Part shown: positions 1-10,430 of the stretch, in pieces
How positions within the stretch are numbered: the stretch's first letter is position 1
How the letters are laid out: every line of letters starts with the position of its first letter
The notes under the pieces: generated by a model
The model's input: the letters and a program-made list of their open reading frames with translations, nothing else
What the model was told of the DNA's origin: nothing
Databases searched by the model: none
Position numbers and translations under genes: made by a program
Assembly: GCA_963843145.1 (NCBI GenBank)
Contig: CAWJJC010000005.1
Location: 64,001-128,000, forward strand
Direction: 5' to 3'
Length of the DNA: 64,000 nucleotides
DNA from: an uncultured delta proteobacterium
GTDB lineage: Bacteria > Desulfobacterota > RBG-13-43-22

Positions 1-2
1 CC

Positions 3-563
3 TGGACTAAAAACGAGGGGCAGGTCTTGGCGGCCCTAGTACCTCTCTCGATGCTGTTTATTGGGGCCCTAACCCATCGCTGGAAGCTCCAATGGAAACC
101 CTGTCTATTTTTCCTGGTCGGGTTGGCGCCAGTCCTGGTGTTGATCCTCTACCATAAACTCCTTTTAGCCCCGGCCAATAGTTTTTATACCCTAAACCGA
201 CCGGAACCATTGGCGGCCCATCTGGCCGACATGGGCCGATATTGGACCATCCTGATTCGGTTTTTTAAAAGCGCTTTTTACTTTGGGCAATGGCCCTTTC
301 CCTGGCTGCCGATTCTGATTTTATACGCTGTCCTCGCGCGCCTTTCTGATCAAGCTTCAAAAAAGGACCTTTTCCCCTTTATTTTAATCTTGCTGCAAAC
401 CGCCGGTTTTTTTCTGGTCTTCCTTCTCTTCCCCTCAAACCTGACCTTTTATCTGGATACCACGCTGGACCGACTCTTCCTGCAACTCTTTCCCGTTCTG
501 CTTTTTGCAATTTTTTCTGTTTTGAAGACGCCCGAAGAAATTTTGCGAGGTCATCAAACCTGA
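3..563 (+). CDS. Multi-pass membrane protein, C-terminal part (GT-C/ArnT-like superfamily possible); 5' end lies outside the window
   Basis: Frame is open from the window start (WTKNEGQVLA...); several hydrophobic segments. Confidence 0.6.
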   Translation, partial: WTKNEGQVLAALVPLSMLFIGALTHRWKLQWKPCLFFLVGLAPVLVLILYHKLLLAPANSFYTLNRPEPLAAHLADMGRYWTILIRFFKSAFYFGQWPFPWLPILILYAVLARLSDQASKKDLFPFILILLQTAGFFLVFLLFPSNLTFYLDTTLDRLFLQLFPVLLFAIFSVLKTPEEILRGHQT

Positions 564-569
564 GGCCTG

Positions 570-1364
570 CTAAATTTTCGGAGTAAGCGAGACGATTTTT
601 CTTTGCCGGAGGATTTCAAACAAAACCACGGCGCAGGCCACCGAGGCATTTAAGGATGTCAGGTTGCCTTCCAGGGGAATGGAAGCCACCCAATCCGACT
701 TCTTCCAAATTAAGGGGCTGACTCCTTTCCCTTCGCTGCCGATAACCACCACCAAGGGCACCCTCAGATCCAATTGATAAATAGTCTGCGCGCCTTGGGC
801 CTCCAGGCTTAGAAACCAGAAACCCTCTTTTTTTAAGACCTCGATCGTTTGGGCCAGGTTAGTAACCTGAACCAGGGGCAGGGATTCCAAAGCGCCGGCG
901 GCGGTTTTGTGAACCGTCCCGGAGATTGGGCAGGTCCGGTCCTTAGGCAGGATGATTCCCCGGACCCCGGCCCCGTAAGCGGTTCGGATGATCGCCCCCA
1001 GGTTATGAGGATCCTGCAGGTGGTCGATCATCACCAAGACCGGTGCCGGATCTTCAGCCGTCCTGATCCGCTTCAGCAATTCATCCAAGGGTGTAAAGCG
1101 GAAAGCGAATTTAAGTTGAGCGGCCACGGATTGATGGGCCGGCACGCGAAAGGTTTCTTCCCAGGCCTTTCGCTCTTTATAGGCTACGGGGATATTATCC
1201 TCGCGACAGCGTTCTTGGATCTCCCGGTTGATCGGGTCCTTGGAGGAAAGGGCCAGCCAGACTTGTTTCACCTGCCGGGGGTTGGTGCGGAGAATTTCCC
1301 GAACGGCCTGTTTTCCCCAGACCCATTCGGTATTGGCGGCTTCGATAATGGCGGGCATATTCAC
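570..1364 (-). CDS. rlmB: 23S rRNA (Gm2251) 2'-O-methyltransferase, TrmH/SpoU family
   Basis: Motifs DPHNLGAIIRTA, VIGSEGKG, SLNASVA. Confidence 0.92.
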   Translation of the reverse strand: MNMPAIIEAANTEWVWGKQAVREILRTNPRQVKQVWLALSSKDPINREIQERCREDNIPVAYKERKAWEETFRVPAHQSVAAQLKFAFRFTPLDELLKRIRTAEDPAPVLVMIDHLQDPHNLGAIIRTAYGAGVRGIILPKDRTCPISGTVHKTAAGALESLPLVQVTNLAQTIEVLKKEGFWFLSLEAQGAQTIYQLDLRVPLVVVIGSEGKGVSPLIWKKSDWVASIPLEGNLTSLNASVACAVVLFEILRQRKIVSLTPKI

Positions 1365-1951
1365 CGAACGCGAAAGTGTTGGGCCTGGAGGATGGCGGAT
1401 AAGGCCTTGAGCGCGGCAGGGAGTTCCGCATTGATCACCGCGTAATCAAAGCGGGGCCAGTCGGCCAGCTCTTTTTCGGCGTTGCGCAGACGCAGGCGGA
1501 GGGCCTGAGGGGATTCGGTCCGGCGTTGGGAAAGCCTCCTTTTCAGCTCCTCTCGGGAGGGAGGCAGGATAAAGATGCTCACCGCCTCCGGCATTTTCCC
1601 CTTCACTTGCCCGGCCCCCTGGACATCGATATCCAGCAGGACGTCCCGCCCCTGACGCAGCCAGGTCTGCACCGGCTTTGAAGGCGTCCCGTAATAGTCG
1701 TTATGGACCCGGGCCCACTCCAAAAAACCTTCCCGGCGGATCTGCTTTTTAAATTGTTCGGGGGAGACAAAATGATAATCCTGGTCCGGTTTTTCCCCCG
1801 GACGCGGCGACCGGGTCGTCCAGGAGATGGAAAAGGACAGGGAATCGATTTTTTTCTGCACCCTTCTCCGCAGCGTGGTCTTACCCACGCCCGAAGGGCC
1901 GGAGAGGATGATCAAATTTCCTCTTCTCTTATTTGGAATTCGCGGGACCAT
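1361..1951 (-). CDS. gmk: Guanylate kinase
   Basis: P-loop [29 protein letters not shown]. Confidence 0.96.
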   Translation of the reverse strand: MVPRIPNKRRGNLIILSGPSGVGKTTLRRRVQKKIDSLSFSISWTTRSPRPGEKPDQDYHFVSPEQFKKQIRREGFLEWARVHNDYYGTPSKPVQTWLRQGRDVLLDIDVQGAGQVKGKMPEAVSIFILPPSREELKRRLSQRRTESPQALRLRLRNAEKELADWPRFDYAVINAELPAALKALSAILQAQHFRVR

Positions 1952-2240
1952 CGTCCTCTTTGTGGTTCAGATCGGATTTTTGAGCGCCCTCCGAATTAAA
2001 GCGCTGGGCGTTGGTCTCGGCCTGAATAGCGGAAAGGATCACGTGGTTGCTGTCGGTGACAATAATGGAACGCGTCTTTCGACCCTGAGTGGCATCGATC
2101 AAGCGCTTACCCTCCCGGGCCTCCTCCCGCAGCCGCTTCATGGGAGACGAATTGGGGGAGACAATGGCAATGATCCGGTCGGTGACCACCAGACTACCAC
2201 CCCCGATATTCAACAATTTCGATTCCATGGGTCGCTCCAA
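1929..2240 (-). CDS. remA: DUF370/RemA family protein
   Basis: Motifs [26 protein letters not shown]; conserved yicC-remA-gmk order. Confidence 0.88.
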   Translation of the reverse strand: MERPMESKLLNIGGGSLVVTDRIIAIVSPNSSPMKRLREEAREGKRLIDATQGRKTRSIIVTDSNHVILSAIQAETNAQRFNSEGAQKSDLNHKEDDGPANSK

Positions 2241-3122
2241 TCACTCGATGTTTTGAATCTGTTCCCGCATTTTTTCCAATTCGGCTTTGACGGCCACCAC
2301 CTGCAGGGAGATGGACCCCTCCATACTTTTGGACCCGATGGTATTGATCTCGCGGTTGATCTCCTGAAGCAGGAATTCCAGCTTTCGCCCCACCGGCTGC
2401 GTTTCCCGGAACAGGGTTTTCAATTGCTTGAGATGGCTTTCCAACCGAACCAACTCCTCGGAAATATCGGATCGATCCGCCAGAATGGCCACTTCCTGGG
2501 CCAGGCGCTGGGGATCCACTTTGGTTTCCCCGGCCAGTTCGTTGACTCGTTTTTGCAATCGCAACTGATAGGCCCGAACTACCTGAGGCACCTTTTTGGA
2601 AATAATCCCGACCGACTTTTCAATGGTCCTGATGCGCGACAGCAAGTCCTGGCTCAAATGCCGGCCCTCGGCGGACCGCATGGTATCCACCCCGTCCATG
2701 ACTTGCTTTAGCGGGCGATGAATACGCTGCCAGAGCGATTCCTCGGAGGCAGGCAACTCCTGATAGGTCAGCACATCCCTTAGGCCGAGCAGGATATTCA
2801 AATCTAAGGGCCCGGGAATTCCCAGGGAGGCCTTCAACTCGTTCAGTTTATCCCAATAGCTGCGGGCCAGCGGGATATTAATGGACATGCTCCCGTTGCG
2901 ATTTTTTCCCGATCCGGAATATTGCACAGACACTTCCACCCGTCCCCGGGAAATACGGGATGAAATATAGCTTTTTATCCGGTCTTCCAGCGGGCTGAGA
3001 GGCCCGGCCAGACGCAGATTAATATCCAGGTAGCGGCTGTTGTAGGTCCGGACCACCAAGGTCAAGGACTGGTCTTTGGTGTTGGTCGTCTCCTGGGCGA
3101 AAGAAGTCATACTTTTAATCAT
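2241..3122 (-). CDS. yicC: YicC/YloC family endoribonuclease
   Basis: Starts MIKSMT; motifs DISEELVRL, GRKLEFLLQEINREINTIGSK; ends REQIQNIE. Confidence 0.93.
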   Translation of the reverse strand: MIKSMTSFAQETTNTKDQSLTLVVRTYNSRYLDINLRLAGPLSPLEDRIKSYISSRISRGRVEVSVQYSGSGKNRNGSMSINIPLARSYWDKLNELKASLGIPGPLDLNILLGLRDVLTYQELPASEESLWQRIHRPLKQVMDGVDTMRSAEGRHLSQDLLSRIRTIEKSVGIISKKVPQVVRAYQLRLQKRVNELAGETKVDPQRLAQEVAILADRSDISEELVRLESHLKQLKTLFRETQPVGRKLEFLLQEINREINTIGSKSMEGSISLQVVAVKAELEKMREQIQNIE

Positions 3123-3154
3123 AATAGGTTACCTTAACTAAGGGGTTGAGGGAT

Positions 3155-3277
3155 AAACTCGAAATCCGAAACAAGCACGAAGGTCCAAAATCCAAATGAT
3201 CAAAACCATAGCTTTTCGATTTCGAATTTCGATCATTTGAATTTGTTTCGGATTTCGGATTTCGGATTTCGGATTTG
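3155..3277. repeat. Imperfect palindrome built from CGAAAT(C)-type short repeats; related copy at 60627-60764
   Basis: Both sites share CGAAATCCGAAACAAGCACGAAnGTCCAAAATCCAAATGATC followed by a complementary (TTCGGAT)n arm. Confidence 0.8.
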
Positions 3278-3799
3278 CGTCTGTATTTGCATCTGGTACC
3301 TTTTCCGGAGAATATTGAACATGGCGATGGTCTCTGGAACCTGGTAATCCGGATAAGTCCAGGGCAAGGGCCGGTAAGCCCCTTTGGAATAAATCAAGGT
3401 TAAGTCCCCATAAACGCCGGAACCCAGATAAATCCGATGAATATAGTTTTTCCCGGTGGCCAGGACCAGCCGCTCCGCGGAAAGGATTCCCGGATCCACA
3501 TTGACTTGCCGTTGTCCTTCAACCTCCCAGCGGGTTTCCAGCTCATTGGTTTTCAACTTAATAGCCGCCAGTTGGTCCTGGGGAACCAGGTGTCGACTGC
3601 ATCCCCAGCGTCGAAACAAGGGAGTCCCCATTTCCTTTTCATAATAACCGGTAAAGTGGAAAGCCGTGACCGCCGAGATATAATCCCAGGGCCCCCAGAG
3701 CAGTTCCAGTTCCTCCCAGCAGCTCCGGGCCGGGGTCGATCCCCGGTAGATCAAGCCGAAAATCAATTTTCCCGGGAGCGGTGGTTGTGGTTTACTCAA
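3233..3799 (-). CDS. DUF4416 family protein
   Basis: Motifs YYEKEMG, VNVDPG, VLATGKNYIHRIYL, PWTYPDY; the C-terminal tail runs into the repeat. Confidence 0.8.
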   Translation of the reverse strand: MSKPQPPLPGKLIFGLIYRGSTPARSCWEELELLWGPWDYISAVTAFHFTGYYEKEMGTPLFRRWGCSRHLVPQDQLAAIKLKTNELETRWEVEGQRQVNVDPGILSAERLVLATGKNYIHRIYLGSGVYGDLTLIYSKGAYRPLPWTYPDYQVPETIAMFNILRKRYQMQIQTQIRNPKSEIRNKFK

Positions 3800-5102
3800 T
3801 GGTAGGTCGGCCTACAGAGTAATAGGTTATCCCCTGTTTGTGCATCTTGACCGGATCGTATATATTCCGCAGGTCGATGACCACCGGACGTTTCAACAAA
3901 CCTTTCATCCGCCCCCAATCGATGTTCCGGAACTGGTTCCATTCGGTGATCAGGATCAGGGCGTCAGCGCCCTGTCCCGCCTCGTAGAGGTCCTCCTTAA
4001 ATTCAACCTTCTTAAATACCTTTCGAGCTTCGGGCATCCCGGCCGGATCATAGGTTTGAATGCGGGCGCCTAAGTCACCCAATTTTTTTATGATGGCCAC
4101 CGCCGGGGATTCCCGGATGTCATCGGTGTTGGGTTTAAAAGTCAGGCCCAAGACTCCCAGAGTTTTTCCTTTCAGCGGGCCGGCCACCTTTACGATCTTG
4201 TCCACCATAATTTGTTTCTGTCGTTGATTCACCTTGAGGACCGCCTTGACGATCTCGAATTCATAGTCCAGGGACTGGGCCAGTTGCACTATGGCCTGGG
4301 TGTCCTTCGGAAAGCAGGATCCGCCGAATCCCGGTCCCGGATGCAGAAATTTCGGTCCGATCCGTTGATCCAACCCCATCCCCCTGGCCACCTGGTGCAC
4401 GTCCGCCCCCACTCGTTCGCAGATATTGGCCATCTCGTTGATGAACGAGATTTTGGTGGCTAAAAAGGCATTGGAGGCATACTTAATCATTTCGGCGGTT
4501 TCCACCCCGGTAATGACGAAAGGGGTCTCGATGAGGTACAATGGGGAATACAGGTCTTTCATGATGGCCACGGCCTGATCGCTCTGGGCCCCGATGACTA
4601 CCCGATTGGGATGCATGAAATCTTCAATGGCCGACCCTTCGCGCAAGAATTCGGGATTGGAGACAATATCAAAAGACTGTTTCTTTTTTTGATGTTGTCG
4701 AACAATCCGGGAAATCAGTTGTCCGGTGCCCACCGGGACCGTGCTCTTGGTGACGATGATTTTATAGCCGTCCATGGTTCGGCCGATGGCTTCCGCCACA
4801 TCCTTCACATAGCGCAGGTCGGCCCGGCCTTTTTTGTCGGAGGGCGTGCCTACGGCGATAAAGACCACCAGAGAATGTTTAACGCCCTCCTCCAGGTTGT
4901 CGGTAAACTGCAGTCGTTTTTCCCGGACATTTTTTAAGACCAGTTCCTCCAGACCCGGCTCATAGATGGGTATTTTCCCCTGCTGCAGGCCGGTGATCTT
5001 GTCCCGGTCGTTGTCCACACAAGTCACTTTAATCCCGAATTCGGCGAAGCAGGCCCCCGTGACCAATCCAACGTAACCCACCCCGATAACACAGATATTC
5101 AT
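3792..5102 (-). CDS. ugd: UDP-glucose 6-dehydrogenase
   Basis: GVGYVG Rossmann motif, SNPEFLREG, catalytic GFGGSCFPKD, FKPNTDDIRES. Confidence 0.95.
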   Translation of the reverse strand: MNICVIGVGYVGLVTGACFAEFGIKVTCVDNDRDKITGLQQGKIPIYEPGLEELVLKNVREKRLQFTDNLEEGVKHSLVVFIAVGTPSDKKGRADLRYVKDVAEAIGRTMDGYKIIVTKSTVPVGTGQLISRIVRQHQKKKQSFDIVSNPEFLREGSAIEDFMHPNRVVIGAQSDQAVAIMKDLYSPLYLIETPFVITGVETAEMIKYASNAFLATKISFINEMANICERVGADVHQVARGMGLDQRIGPKFLHPGPGFGGSCFPKDTQAIVQLAQSLDYEFEIVKAVLKVNQRQKQIMVDKIVKVAGPLKGKTLGVLGLTFKPNTDDIRESPAVAIIKKLGDLGARIQTYDPAGMPEARKVFKKVEFKEDLYEAGQGADALILITEWNQFRNIDWGRMKGLLKRPVVIDLRNIYDPVKMHKQGITYYSVGRPTIE

Positions 5103-5319
5103 CCGCTCTCCCCTTCACTCCGCTTTAGATTCTTACCTCCCTTGTTCTGAGCATTTGTCTCTAACAATGGGGGTAAGAATCTAAATATTTTTGGCTAGCT
5201 GCTTTATATTCGGATTTTGGATATGAACCAAAAATTCGTCCAATATGCCGGCCAAAATAACAAAAACCCATTCTGAAGGCAATGTTAATTGTTGAGGCTT
5301 CATCCTTTTGGGTGGGTGT

Positions 5320-6633
5320 TTAATCTGAAATCGCGCCTTCGTGGCCACCGGATCTCAGCGAAAAAGTTTTCCAGCTTTGGATTTTTGAACTCCCCAGGGC
5401 CGTCCCGATGAGAAACCAGAACATCAGGGCATTATCGTCCACGAAAAAATCATCAAAAAAATTTCGGATCAGGAAGCCTACCACCATCACCCCGGTGGCC
5501 AGGGAAAAATTTCGGACCCAGGGATCGATCCCCGGCCCTCTCCGGCGGAAGCAATGAAACCCGGCCGCGCCCATAACCCAAAGGAGCGCCAAGAGCCCCT
5601 GAATTCCCGTTTGGAAGGTGAAATCCAGCAGGGTGTTGTGCGCGTGCCAAAGCATCGGCTGATGTTGAGCCCGAAATTCCGGAAAGGCCTCGGAGAAACT
5701 ACTCCGGCCAAAACCGATGCCTTGAAAAGGCCGCTCTTGAATATAATGAAAAGCCAGTTTCCAGATATCCAAGAGATCTCCGGCCGTCCCGCCTACGGCG
5801 GTGTTCACCCCCGGAGCGGAGAACGAAAGCCTTTCGCCGTGAAGGCATACGGATCTGGGAATGAAGACCAGAAAGAGCAGGAGGCTCGCCGTGGCTCCCA
5901 GTAGAATTTTTTTCCTGTTCCCGATCCAGCCGATCAAAAAAAATTCCGCGGCCGCCGCCATCCACATTGCCCGTCCGAAGGTAATGTAAATTCCCAACAG
6001 GTTTAAGGCCAGCAGGGCCAGGAGTCCTCCCAGGTTCTTTTTTGACAGGAATTGCCGCTCCAGGGCAAGAATCAGCAGGAAAGGAAACACGATGATCAGA
6101 TAGGTCCCGAATTCTCCATAGCCGGCATCCAGGGAACCCGCCCGGATATAATAACCGGCTAACTGCCCTCCGGCCCGCCAGAAATCCCAGAGGCCATAGG
6201 CAACCATCAACAGATTCCCGCAGACCAGGATAAGCCAGATTGCGGGAAGTCGTTCCAGCCTCCCGGCGGAATAGGCGGCCAGATAAAAGACCAGGCACCC
6301 CTTAAGCAGTTCGCCTTTGATCTCCTTGAAACTGTAGGACGGATCAACGGCCCAGATCAGAGAAATGAATGAAACCGCCACCAAACAGAGCAGGGGCAGG
6401 TCCAGCGGAGTTCGGGGAATCAAGAGCCGCCGCCCGATCACCATGGCCGCCAGCCAGAAAAAGGCGGCCGACCCCAAAAGGATTTCCCGAACCGCCGTGA
6501 TGGACGCCAGGGGAAGAGCGAAGAGAAAGAGCGCTAAGGAAATGGCCAGGCCCTGGTCCGCTAGCGCCGGCCATCGCTCCTGCTGAAGGAGAGCTTTCGC
6601 GGGGAAGGCGGGAGAGACGAAATCCTTTTTCAC
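5320..6633 (-). CDS. O-antigen ligase family (Wzy_C) membrane protein
   Basis: Many TM helices; GIGFG and HAHN motifs; LPS context. Confidence 0.82.
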   Translation of the reverse strand: MKKDFVSPAFPAKALLQQERWPALADQGLAISLALFLFALPLASITAVREILLGSAAFFWLAAMVIGRRLLIPRTPLDLPLLCLVAVSFISLIWAVDPSYSFKEIKGELLKGCLVFYLAAYSAGRLERLPAIWLILVCGNLLMVAYGLWDFWRAGGQLAGYYIRAGSLDAGYGEFGTYLIIVFPFLLILALERQFLSKKNLGGLLALLALNLLGIYITFGRAMWMAAAAEFFLIGWIGNRKKILLGATASLLLFLVFIPRSVCLHGERLSFSAPGVNTAVGGTAGDLLDIWKLAFHYIQERPFQGIGFGRSSFSEAFPEFRAQHQPMLWHAHNTLLDFTFQTGIQGLLALLWVMGAAGFHCFRRRGPGIDPWVRNFSLATGVMVVGFLIRNFFDDFFVDDNALMFWFLIGTALGSSKIQSWKTFSLRSGGHEGAISD

Positions 6634-6636
6634 TGA

Positions 6637-7647
6637 CTATTCTTCCGTTCCGGCTTCCAGCAACGCTTTATTCAAAGCTGCCGCCTGAATGGCAGCGGTG
6701 CCCACTTCCGCCACTACCAGGCCGGCCGCCACATTGGCGGTCCGGCAGGATTGAATCAAACTCAACCCGGAGGCCAGGGCCAGCGTCAGGGTGGCGATCA
6801 CGGTATCCCCGGCCCCGGTAACGTCGAAGACCTTGCGGGCCACGGTGGGTATCAGGGTAACCCTGCTGTTTTGGGAAAACAAGGCCATTCCCTCCCGGCC
6901 GCGGGTGATCAACACGGAATCGCAGAGCAGCCTTTTTAACAGCCATTGTCCTACCCAGCGCAGGTCGCTCTCGGATTCAATCTTCCGGCCCGCGGCCAGA
7001 CCCGCTTCGAGATGGTTGGGCGTAATCAGGGTGACGCCCCGGTACCAGTCCAGGTGCAGCGGCTTAGGATCGACGGCCAGCGGGATGCCTCTCTTCTTGC
7101 TGATCCTTTTCAAGGCCGCCATCAACCGCTGGGAAATGACCCCTTTGTCATAATCGGAAACAATAATCCCGGCCAGTCCCTCGGCGTTCCGCCCGATTCC
7201 CTGGATCAACAACTCCTGGATTTGGGGGGCCAAAGGATGGTTGTTTTCTTTATCCACTCGCACCACCTGCTGCTGATGGGCGATGACCCGAGTCTTTACG
7301 GCCGTAGGGCGGGAATCATCGATAATCAGACTGTCGGTGTTGACTCCCCGGCCCTTGAGTTGTCTGAGGAGGCGCTTTCCCATCCCGTCCGGTCCAATGA
7401 CCCCGGCCAGGATTACCTGGGCACCCAAGCCCAAAAGGTTGTTCACCACATTGGCCGCCCCGCCCAACAGGTAACTTTCCTCCTTCACCTTCACCACCGG
7501 GACCGGAGCTTCCGGGGATATCCGGGAAACCTCCCCCCAGATGAACTGGTCCATCATCACATCCCCCACCACCAGGATACGGCGGTCGGGGAAGACCTCC
7601 AGGGCCTTCAGCAGCGGATCGGTTTTCTGATTCAACATAGCCTTCAA
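6637..7647 (-). CDS. hldA: D-glycero-beta-D-manno-heptose-7-phosphate kinase (HldA/RfaE domain I); start uncertain within 7638-7662
   Basis: Motifs GDVMMD, RISPEAPVPV, GGAANV, SDYDKG, DVTGAGDT. Confidence 0.93.
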   Translation of the reverse strand: MKAMLNQKTDPLLKALEVFPDRRILVVGDVMMDQFIWGEVSRISPEAPVPVVKVKEESYLLGGAANVVNNLLGLGAQVILAGVIGPDGMGKRLLRQLKGRGVNTDSLIIDDSRPTAVKTRVIAHQQQVVRVDKENNHPLAPQIQELLIQGIGRNAEGLAGIIVSDYDKGVISQRLMAALKRISKKRGIPLAVDPKPLHLDWYRGVTLITPNHLEAGLAAGRKIESESDLRWVGQWLLKRLLCDSVLITRGREGMALFSQNSRVTLIPTVARKVFDVTGAGDTVIATLTLALASGLSLIQSCRTANVAAGLVVAEVGTAAIQAAALNKALLEAGTEE

Positions 7648-7700
7648 AAATCGACTCCTCAATCCCAGCCGGTCAGGCCGGGCTAATTTTTCCGTCTCGA

Positions 7701-7729
7701 ATAGTATCCGCTGTAAATCCGCGAGTCAA
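7701..7729 (-). promoter_or_regulatory. Putative sigma70 promoter for hldA and the O-antigen ligase gene
   Basis: TTGACT-N17-TACTAT on the minus strand. Confidence 0.6.
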
Positions 7730-7884
7730 GCACTTACCCCACTGTTGTAAAGGGTCTCAAGATAGTAACCACATCTTAAAGCGTCATTGCCGCAAGGCTT
7801 CCGAGCGGGAATGACTTTTCGTAAGAAGGCAGGCCGCCTCCCGGTTTAGATATGTAAACAAGCCTCTATGACCTGCAAAAAGGC

Positions 7885-7932
7885 CAATAATCAATAATCA
7901 ATTGATAATTGACAATTGATTATTGATTATTG
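7885..7932. repeat. Perfect 20-bp inverted repeat made of AATAATC heptamers; degenerate relatives at 9202-9239, 36005-36043 and 39319-39350
   Basis: CAATAATCAATAATCAATTG-N8-CAATTGATTATTGATTATTG. Confidence 0.85.
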
Positions 7933-8030
7933 ATATCCTGCGGTTAGCGAGTTTTCTCGCCCCTTTATTTTCATGCCTTGGGGTGCCCGCCCCCGCGCCT
8001 GCCGGTATTAGAATAGATATGGTAACGGTC

Positions 8031-9167
8031 TTAAAATTTTCGCCCACCCTGGTTTGACAAAAATCCCTCAAATTGCTCTCCAATCACCTGGAGCACTTCC
8101 TCGGGCCGAATCTGTTTCAGACAACGGTTGTCCAGGCACTTTTCATTCAGGCAGCGGGGCAGGTCGCAGACCTCCTCTTTTTTATAGAGGCTGACCGCAT
8201 TCTCGGACTGGTAGGGGCCAATACGCAGAGGGCTGTCCGCACCGATAAGGGCCAGCGTCGGGACCCTTAAAGCCAGGGCCATATGCAAAGGGCCGCTGTC
8301 GTTGGCGATGAAAAGGGAACAGCTTCGGATCAGGCCTCCGGTGATCGCCAGATCAAAACGGCCCTCCGTGTTCAGGACCGGGGCTTTCATCCGGGAGGCG
8401 ATGGCCTGAGCGGCGGACGCCTCCGACTTGGAGGAAAAAAGGACGAACCGGCAGCCGTAACGGTCGAACAGTCGGTTCCCCAGATCAACAAAATAATCGG
8501 CGGGCCACCATTTGTACCTTCCGGAGCCGGTGGGATGGAGTCCGATGACCGGCTGAACCCCGCCTCCCCAAAAATCGTTGAGCATCCTCCGGACCTTCGG
8601 CTCCCATCCGGCGGGAAGAAAAAAATCCATTCTCCGGTCGGCCGTATCGGCCCCGGCCGCCCGGACCAGATCCAGTCGCTGTTCGATGGCATGTCGATTT
8701 TCATCTCGGCAAACAATGCCTTGAGAAAGGAAAGGGGCAAAGCGACTGGTCCCGCTGCCGATAAGATACGGGGCCCGGGTGGCCCAAGCGAGGGGAACGG
8801 CCTCCGGATCGTTGCTATGGAGGATGATGACCAGGTCGTACTGCTGCTCCCGCAGGCTTCGGACCAGGGAAAGCAGCCCTCTGGCCTTCCCTCGGTAAAA
8901 GAGGAGCCGGTCTATATGGGGGTTTTCTTTGAGCAGGAGGGCGTAGCGCTGGTGACAGAGCACGTGCACTTCCTTCTCGGGATAGGTCTCCTTCACGGCC
9001 CGAATGGCTGGAGTGGAAAAAAGGGTATCTCCGATGGCCGTGGTGGTCATCAGCAAAATCCGCCGGACCCCTTCCATGTCCGAAAGAGTTAAAGGGTGGG
9101 CCGGCCTTTTCCGGCCCAACGCTGCATCAAAATCTGAAGAAATCTGATCTCGAAGGCGGTGGATCAT
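8031..9167 (-). CDS. Glycosyltransferase family 9 (ADP-heptose:LPS heptosyltransferase-like)
   Basis: Motifs AIGDTLFSTP, NDSGPLHMA; C-terminal Cys cluster. Confidence 0.88.
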   Translation of the reverse strand: MIHRLRDQISSDFDAALGRKRPAHPLTLSDMEGVRRILLMTTTAIGDTLFSTPAIRAVKETYPEKEVHVLCHQRYALLLKENPHIDRLLFYRGKARGLLSLVRSLREQQYDLVIILHSNDPEAVPLAWATRAPYLIGSGTSRFAPFLSQGIVCRDENRHAIEQRLDLVRAAGADTADRRMDFFLPAGWEPKVRRMLNDFWGGGVQPVIGLHPTGSGRYKWWPADYFVDLGNRLFDRYGCRFVLFSSKSEASAAQAIASRMKAPVLNTEGRFDLAITGGLIRSCSLFIANDSGPLHMALALRVPTLALIGADSPLRIGPYQSENAVSLYKKEEVCDLPRCLNEKCLDNRCLKQIRPEEVLQVIGEQFEGFLSNQGGRKF

Positions 9168-9249
9168 CGTTTTGGATAATGCAAAAATAGAAAAGAAACG
9201 GTTAACAATTAACAATTGATTATTGATTATTAATAATTAGGGTTGGCCT

Positions 9250-10430
9250 TCATCCCAGGGAATCATACAGCCTTTCCGTCGCTTCGGCAATCCGGGTCCA
9301 GGAAAAATGGTCTTCCATGGTCCGTCTTCCCTCCTCGCCCAGTTGTCGTCTAACCTCCGGCTCGCGCAAAAGGATCAGGATTTTTTCGGTCAATTCCGAA
9401 ACATCCTCTTTTCCGGCCAGCAGCAGAGCCGGTCTTTTCATGAACCACCACCTCCGGAATCCCGCCTTGGCGGGTGCTGATTATGGGCAAGCCGCTCGCC
9501 GAGGCCTCCAGAAAAACCAGGCCCAAACCTTCCTCCAACTGTGAAGGAGCGACAAAGACGTCTCCCAAAAGATAAATGGAAGGCATCTCCTGGGGGCGGA
9601 TGAAACTCAGAAACCGGACCCGATCCTGCCAGGGGGCCAATTCCTTTCGCAGGCGTTCCGAGAAGTCTGTTTTTTTATTCTCCCGCCGGTACCCGAAACC
9701 GGTCCCCCCGGCCAGGACCCAGACGGCCTCGGGTTCCTGTTGAAAAACCTCCCCCATGGCGCGGGCCAGGACCCCCACCCCCTTGGATTCGCGTATCTTT
9801 CCCGTGTAGAGCACCACCTTTTTCCCGGCCAGTCCCAGGCGCTCCCGAGCCTTCCGGGTATCCTCGGGATTCAGCCAAAAAGGCCGGAAGTCGCGGGTAT
9901 CCACGCCGTTGTAGAGTACCTCCTGGACAGGCGTTCCAAGGGCCAGGCGGTTTTTTTCGGCCGCGACCACGAAGCGGCTGCACCCCAGAAATAAATCCGC
10001 CTCGTTGTTGAAAGGCCCGGAGGGTCTTTCCAGCTTCCCCAGGTAGTTATAGAGGTTATGCATGTGGAGAATGATTTTTTTCCGAGGAAAGCGCTCCCGG
10101 AAATAGGAGACCAGCAAAGGACGATTATGGATATGAATGAGGTCCGGATCGAATTTTTTCAGGAACGCGGCGACTTGTTTTTCGTAGTCCTTCGGGAAAG
10201 CCTTGAACCAGCCGTAAAGGGTTCGTTTGAATCGACGCAACAGGAATCCGGATATATTCAACCCCACCGTTTTGCTCCCTTAAAGGAAGTTCCGGATCGG
10301 CCGGGGAAAAGATCACCGGTCGGTATTTTTTCAGCTCCCGGGAGGTCTTTTCAATCCAGAGTTCGGCGGCCCCGCCCCGGATGGGCGGAATGGGGTAAAG
10401 CTCGGGACCGATCAGGGCCACTTTTTTCAC
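9250..10430 (-). pseudogene. Glycosyltransferase family 4 split by two frameshifts (~10240 and ~9430); may be a sequencing artefact
   Basis: Three overlapping ORFs carry the N-terminus (PIPPIRGGAAE), the core (EEGLGLVFLEASASGLP) and the C-terminus (FSWTRIAE). Confidence 0.8.
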